A DNA stretch of 32,000 nucleotides, taken from the NCBI GenBank assembly GCA_964608845.1, contig CAZSPP010000023.1, positions 18,061 to 50,060 of the forward strand, read 5' to 3'. Below the pieces are notes generated by a model, which worked only from the letters and a program-made list of their open reading frames with translations, had not been told where the DNA came from and searched no databases. Below are positions 28,465 to 32,000 of this stretch, one piece after another. A program made the position numbers and the translations under genes. The DNA is from an uncultured archaeon. GTDB taxonomy: Archaea; Aenigmatarchaeota; Aenigmatarchaeia; GW2011-AR5; JAHLMP01. How positions within the stretch are numbered: position 1 is the stretch's first letter; every line of letters begins with the position of its first letter.

Positions 28465-28954
28465 CTTTCACAACACCAAACTCTTTTAGATATTTATTTA
28501 AAACTCTAAGAAATTCATTTTCATCCATCGGGCAACCTGGAACATTATCATCTACTTTAACAATTTCTGAGATAGGAGAAACCTTTTCTCTATGATTAAA
28601 TCTTTTTAATATTGGTTCTATTTCTTTTTTTGTTTTTTCATCAAAAAAATTTCTTTGGTTTGATGGATTGCCATAAACAGCACAACTTCCAACAGCAACA
28701 AGCTTTTTACACTTTTTTCTAGCATCTTTTAAAAGTTTTTCTTCTTTTTTTGTTGATATAGCCCCTTCAACAAAAAGAACATCAATATTTCGTAAAGAAT
28801 TTTTGGCTTTCAAAAGAGGGAAAAATCTTATGGATAACAAATTGCTCCATTCCTTCCATTTTGTATTCATCATTTCAATAAACATTATACTCGAATCTCC
28901 AGAGCATGTGAATTTTAACCAACCTATATTAAGCTTTTTCTGAGTTTTTTTCAT
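28457..28954 (-). CDS. [NiFe]-hydrogenase small subunit, single-cluster form (NuoB/20 kDa fold)
   Basis: FTCSGDS, LFVEGAIS, AVGSCAVYGN and VPGCPMD match the proximal-cluster motifs of small subunits. There is no twin-arginine signal. At 165 aa it has no medial or distal cluster domain. Confidence 0.8.
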   Translation of the reverse strand: MKKTQKKLNIGWLKFTCSGDSSIMFIEMMNTKWKEWSNLLSIRFFPLLKAKNSLRNIDVLFVEGAISTKKEEKLLKDARKKCKKLVAVGSCAVYGNPSNQRNFFDEKTKKEIEPILKRFNHREKVSPISEIVKVDDNVPGCPMDENEFLRVLNKYLKEFGVVKDA

Positions 28955-28978
28955 TATTTTTCTCTTATATTTTACAAC

Positions 28979-28988
28979 AATTTAAATT
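28979..28988. promoter_or_regulatory. Central perfect palindrome AATTTAAATT in the 54 bp divergent region; candidate shared or bidirectional TATA element
   Basis: Its centre lies about 25 nt from the regulator ATG (29009) and about 30 nt from the hydrogenase small-subunit ATG (28954). No other A/T box sits at a plausible distance. Confidence 0.3.
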
Positions 28989-29008
28989 TTAGTTTCAAAA
29001 ATCAAAAT

Positions 29009-29710
29009 ATGATTCCAGATAAGGATCAACTAAAAAAAGATATTGCTGGAGAAATTGTTTTGAGTGAAGATCCTGGAAGTGTTATAAGAAAATGGAGAAC
29101 CATATTCAAAATACCTCAGAAAGTGCTTGCAACAAAAATAAATGTTGCTCCTTCTGTGATATCAGATTATGAATCCAATAGAAGAAAATCTCCTGGTGCA
29201 AATATAATTAGAAAGATTGTGAATGCTCTGGTTGATATTGGTTTTGAAAATGTAAAAGAATTTCCAAAATCTAAGGAGATTGGATTTTCTGGTTCTGTAG
29301 TAAAGGCGATAATTGATATGAGAGAATTTTTAGAACCTGTTGAAATAAAAAACTTTTGTAAGGCGATTAAAGGTGAAATAATAAATCAGGGGGATAAAAA
29401 TAAGGTTTATGGTTATACAGTAATAGATTCTATAAGCGCTATAATAAATTTACCTCCTTCTGAATTGATAAAAATATATGGCTCGAACCCAGAAAGGGCT
29501 TTAATATTTACAAAGGTTACGACAGGTAAAAGTCCTATGGTTGCTATAAAGGTTACATCTCCAAAACCTTCTCTTATTGTTTTACATGGTTTGGATAAGG
29601 TTGATCCTATTGCAATTGAGATAGCAAAAGCTGAAAACATTTGGTTAGCTATCTCGAAAGAAGATAGTGTAGAAAAAATTATAGAAGATTTAAAGAAAAA
29701 TTTTAGTTGA
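29009..29710 (+). CDS. XRE-type HTH transcriptional regulator with an uncharacterised C-terminal domain (archaeal COG1709-like)
   Basis: HTH_3-like IRKWRTIFKIPQKVLATKINVAPSVISDYESNRRKSPGANIIRKI. I do not recognise the roughly 150 aa C-terminal domain. Confidence 0.7.
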   Translation: MIPDKDQLKKDIAGEIVLSEDPGSVIRKWRTIFKIPQKVLATKINVAPSVISDYESNRRKSPGANIIRKIVNALVDIGFENVKEFPKSKEIGFSGSVVKAIIDMREFLEPVEIKNFCKAIKGEIINQGDKNKVYGYTVIDSISAIINLPPSELIKIYGSNPERALIFTKVTTGKSPMVAIKVTSPKPSLIVLHGLDKVDPIAIEIAKAENIWLAISKEDSVEKIIEDLKKNFS

Positions 29711-29719
29711 TTTAAAAAT

Positions 29720-30094
29720 TTAAAGAATCTCCATACTTTTTATATCATTTTTATCTATGAAAATTCTATAGGCTTTTGGATATCCTGGCAAATCTAATCT
29801 TTTTGCGTCTTCTAAAATTATCATATTTTTTTCTATGTTTTTTACAACCCCTTGAACTATTCCACTTTCATTTGTCCTTATTATTACATTTTTTCCATTT
29901 ATATTCTCAGTGGTTTCATTTTTCTTTTTAGCATTTTCTCTATCTATCAATAATGCAGTAAAAACTGCTGAAAGGAATGGTGAGTAAATTAAAATGAGAT
30001 ATGTTGTTTTGCTTAATCCTAAAGAGGAAATTAGAGGAGATATTAGAGATATAAAACCTACTCCAATAATTGTAGCATACATTATTTTATCCAT
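29720..30094 (-). CDS. Small membrane protein: two N-terminal TM helices plus a C-terminal Sm-like beta domain
   Basis: Helices IIGVGFISLISPLISSLGL and YLILIYSPFLSAVFTALLI. Then GKNVIIRTNESGIVQGVVKNIEKNMIILEDAKRL...YRIFIDKNDIKSMEI resembles Sm1/Sm2 motifs, a fold also seen in the MscS beta domain. Confidence 0.45.
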   Translation of the reverse strand: MDKIMYATIIGVGFISLISPLISSLGLSKTTYLILIYSPFLSAVFTALLIDRENAKKKNETTENINGKNVIIRTNESGIVQGVVKNIEKNMIILEDAKRLDLPGYPKAYRIFIDKNDIKSMEIL

Positions 30095-30104
30095 ACTTTT
30101 TAAG

Positions 30105-31025
30105 TTATACTCTAATTCTTAATAAATCTTTTGCAATAATTATTCTTTCGCTTTCTCCTATTTTTTCTTTTATAATATCTTCAAGCATTTTATAATCTTG
30201 ATATCTTCTGCTTATGTGAGTTAATACTATTTTTGCGTTTGTATGTTTCATAAGTTTAGCAACATCATTTAAAGACATATGATATCTACCTTCTATTTTT
30301 GCATTTTCACCTTCAAAATATGTACAATCTAATATTACTAAGTTCGCATCCTTTGATTCATCTATAATACTTTTACATAATTTTGTATCTCCGGAATAAA
30401 CAACTTTTTTTCCTTTCTCTATATAAGAAATGTCTTCTAACCTTATCGTTTCTCCTTTATATTTTATTTCTTTTTCTTCTTTCAATCTTTCATATATTTT
30501 GCTCTTTTCAGGCAAACCTAAATCCTTTATTTTATTTTTATCTATCTTTACCCTATCCTTTTCAACAAACGAATAGCCAACTGATGGAATTCCATGAACT
30601 ACAGGAAATGAAAATACTTCATATTCTCTATTAGAAAAGATTACAGATTTTTTTTCCGGTGTATCCTTAGCTAAAATTTCGAAATTTTTATATCCATAGC
30701 CAATATTTAGAAGTAATTTAACATTCTTTTCAGCCTCTGGTCCAAAAATAGTGAGACATTTTTTTCTTTTTTCTAAGGACATTGTCTCCAAAATTCCTAA
30801 AAGCCCTGCGAAATGATCAGCATGCCAATGGGTTATAAAGATATTCTCTATCCTCATAAAATTTAATCCTGCCTTAAATATTTGCCTTTGTGTTCCTTCA
30901 CCACAATCAAAAAGCATACAATGCTCTTCTTTACCAACATATCTTAAATAAATTGATGGGTGATTTCTTGTATGAGTTGGAATTGCTGCTGTTGTTCCTA
31001 AAAATGTTATTTCTATGTATGTCAT
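30105..31025 (-). CDS. rnz: Ribonuclease Z (tRNA 3' endonuclease, metallo-beta-lactamase fold)
   Basis: ITFLGTTAAIPT, LFDCGEGTQRQI and the HxHxDH motif ITHWHADHFAGL. AGGTGA lies upstream of the ATG at 31025; the alternative ATG/GTG starts at 31031/31034 fall inside that AGGTGA element. Confidence 0.88.
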   Translation of the reverse strand: MTYIEITFLGTTAAIPTHTRNHPSIYLRYVGKEEHCMLFDCGEGTQRQIFKAGLNFMRIENIFITHWHADHFAGLLGILETMSLEKRKKCLTIFGPEAEKNVKLLLNIGYGYKNFEILAKDTPEKKSVIFSNREYEVFSFPVVHGIPSVGYSFVEKDRVKIDKNKIKDLGLPEKSKIYERLKEEKEIKYKGETIRLEDISYIEKGKKVVYSGDTKLCKSIIDESKDANLVILDCTYFEGENAKIEGRYHMSLNDVAKLMKHTNAKIVLTHISRRYQDYKMLEDIIKEKIGESERIIIAKDLLRIRV

Positions 31026-31086
31026 TCTCATCACCTAAAGCTATAAATTATTTTTCAATCTTAATTTTTTATAAAAGTGATAATAG

Positions 31087-31602
31087 ATGATTGAATTGTT
31101 CTTTAATAACATAAATCAAACTACTTTACAATTTCTAGTTTCATTTTTATTTGTTTTCGCGATAATTTTTGGCGTTTTGCAAACAGCAAAAAGAGTAAAA
31201 AATGTTGAAGGAAAGATTTTTGAAGAAAGATTTTTTCCGGAAAGGGTTAACATCCTTTTGGCTATTATAATAGCATTTATCTCTGCTTTTTATCCGCCTT
31301 TATCTTCATTTCTTTTTAATTTTATTCCTATTGCTACAGTGATTTTTATATTAGTATTTTTCTTGCTGTTTTTCAAAAATGTTTTTATAGAAAAAAATAA
31401 ATTGGGAATAAATTTCATGATATCTGCTGGGATTCTTTTGGTTGTTCTTGGTTTGATTGCAGAAAGCGTACCATATATTCCTTATCTTCCGATCTCTGGA
31501 AAAGACATTTTTTGGATAGTTGGGATAATTTTGGTTATCTTAATTTTTTATGCAGCATCTTCTTATAAGCCAGAAACTCCTCAAAAACCCACCACTACTT
31601 AA
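31087..31602 (+). CDS. Hypothetical polytopic membrane protein
   Basis: Four to five hydrophobic helices and a Pro/Thr-rich C-terminal tail. GTGAT lies 5 nt upstream of the ATG. No motif recognised. Confidence 0.45.
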   Translation: MIELFFNNINQTTLQFLVSFLFVFAIIFGVLQTAKRVKNVEGKIFEERFFPERVNILLAIIIAFISAFYPPLSSFLFNFIPIATVIFILVFFLLFFKNVFIEKNKLGINFMISAGILLVVLGLIAESVPYIPYLPISGKDIFWIVGIILVILIFYAASSYKPETPQKPTTT

Positions 31603-31604
31603 TC

Positions 31605-31928
31605 TCATTTTTCTACTTCTCCTTTAGGAGATATAATTAAAGGTCTTGCTTCTGTCAAAGCCTTTGCAATTTTTTCTCTTGCACTTTCCAATAAACGCCA
31701 AACTGTTCCTCTTGATATTTTCATTTTTCTTGCTATTTCTTCTTGTGTTAATTTTTCTAACTCACTAAGTCTAAACGCTTCAAACTCAGGATATGTTAGC
31801 TCTACTGGTGTTGAATTTAATAAAGGTTTTGGAATAAATTCTTTAACATGAGGTATTTGAGAAAGATATAAATAACTAAAAGGCCTTCCTGGCCCTTCTT
31901 TTCTACAACACCATCTCCATCTCGGCAT
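31605..31928 (-). CDS. DUF134 (UPF0251) family putative DNA-binding protein
   Basis: MPRWRWCCRK start (family consensus MPRPxKxR), FIPKP, then the sigma-70 region-4-like LTQEEIARKMKISRGTVWRLLESAREKIAKAL. I chose the ATG at 31928. The 15-codon upstream extension in the ORF track runs into the promoter palindrome. Confidence 0.8.
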   Translation of the reverse strand: MPRWRWCCRKEGPGRPFSYLYLSQIPHVKEFIPKPLLNSTPVELTYPEFEAFRLSELEKLTQEEIARKMKISRGTVWRLLESAREKIAKALTEARPLIISPKGEVEK

Positions 31929-31960
31929 AATTTTTATTGAAATAGAAAGCTTTAAATATT

Positions 31961-31997
31961 TGCATATGCACATAATATTATGTGCTTTTGCACAAAA
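31961..31997. promoter_or_regulatory. Nested perfect palindromes (candidate operator) next to an A/T box upstream of the DUF134 gene
   Basis: TGCATATGCA (31961-31970) overlaps the 18 bp perfect palindrome GCACATAATATTATGTGC (31968-31985). A third half-site, GCACAAAA, sits at 31990-31997. The A/T box TTTAAATATT (31951-31960) lies about 27 nt from the ATG. Confidence 0.45.
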
Positions 31998-32000
31998 TAT

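Noticed and set aside
28457-28954. A Tat signal or periplasmic (group 1/2) nature for the hydrogenase.
   Set aside because: The small subunit starts MKKTQKKLNIGWLKFTC with no RRxF motif or hydrophobic leader before the first cluster cysteine. Its short length also argues for a cytoplasmic group-3-like enzyme.
31929-31973. A 15-codon N-terminal extension of the DUF134 ORF (MCICKYLKLSISIKI...).
   Set aside because: DUF134 proteins begin with MPR(P)xK. The extension would start inside the 18 bp palindrome and read through the A/T box, so it is much more likely promoter DNA.

Overview
This is a very A+T-rich (about 70% by eye, not computed), tightly packed archaeal chromosomal segment. I call about 36 protein-coding genes, and the largest intergenic gap is 140 nt. 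I found no rRNA, tRNA, CRISPR array, transposase or integrase. Archaeal identity rests on recognisable proteins: eS17, Nop5 and fibrillarin, a group II chaperonin (thermosome), archaeal-type SAM synthetase, type 2 IPP isomerase, archaeal HMG-CoA synthase, a geranylgeranyl-reductase-family flavoprotein, SecF/SecD in the archaeal order, RNase Z, a TrmB regulator and GGTGAT-type Shine-Dalgarno sequences. NrdD/NrdG and a cytoplasmic [NiFe]-hydrogenase point to an anaerobe. The compaction and composition would fit a small-genome uncultivated lineage such as DPANN, but I cannot establish that from this window. Most of the window is housekeeping. The best candidate for something new is the hydrogenase module at 26.2-29.0 kb. 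It has only a small subunit, a large subunit and a maturation protease, with no electron-transfer partner genes nearby. The small subunit reads CxxD where the canonical proximal-cluster CxxC sits, and the tail after DPCxxCxxH is very short. A convergent neighbour carries a HypC-like domain whose essential cysteine is internal, behind an extension of about 95 aa. Other points of interest:
- a C39-like cysteine peptidase split exactly at an A6 run
- a convergent pair of membrane-anchored SNase nuclease and secreted lamin-tail-domain protein
- nested perfect palindromes upstream of a DUF134 regulator at the window edge
- interruption of the normally contiguous nop5-flpA pair
- strongly alternating gene orientation, with most convergent gene ends abutting or overlapping
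All functional calls come from reading motifs in the supplied translations. No database search was run.
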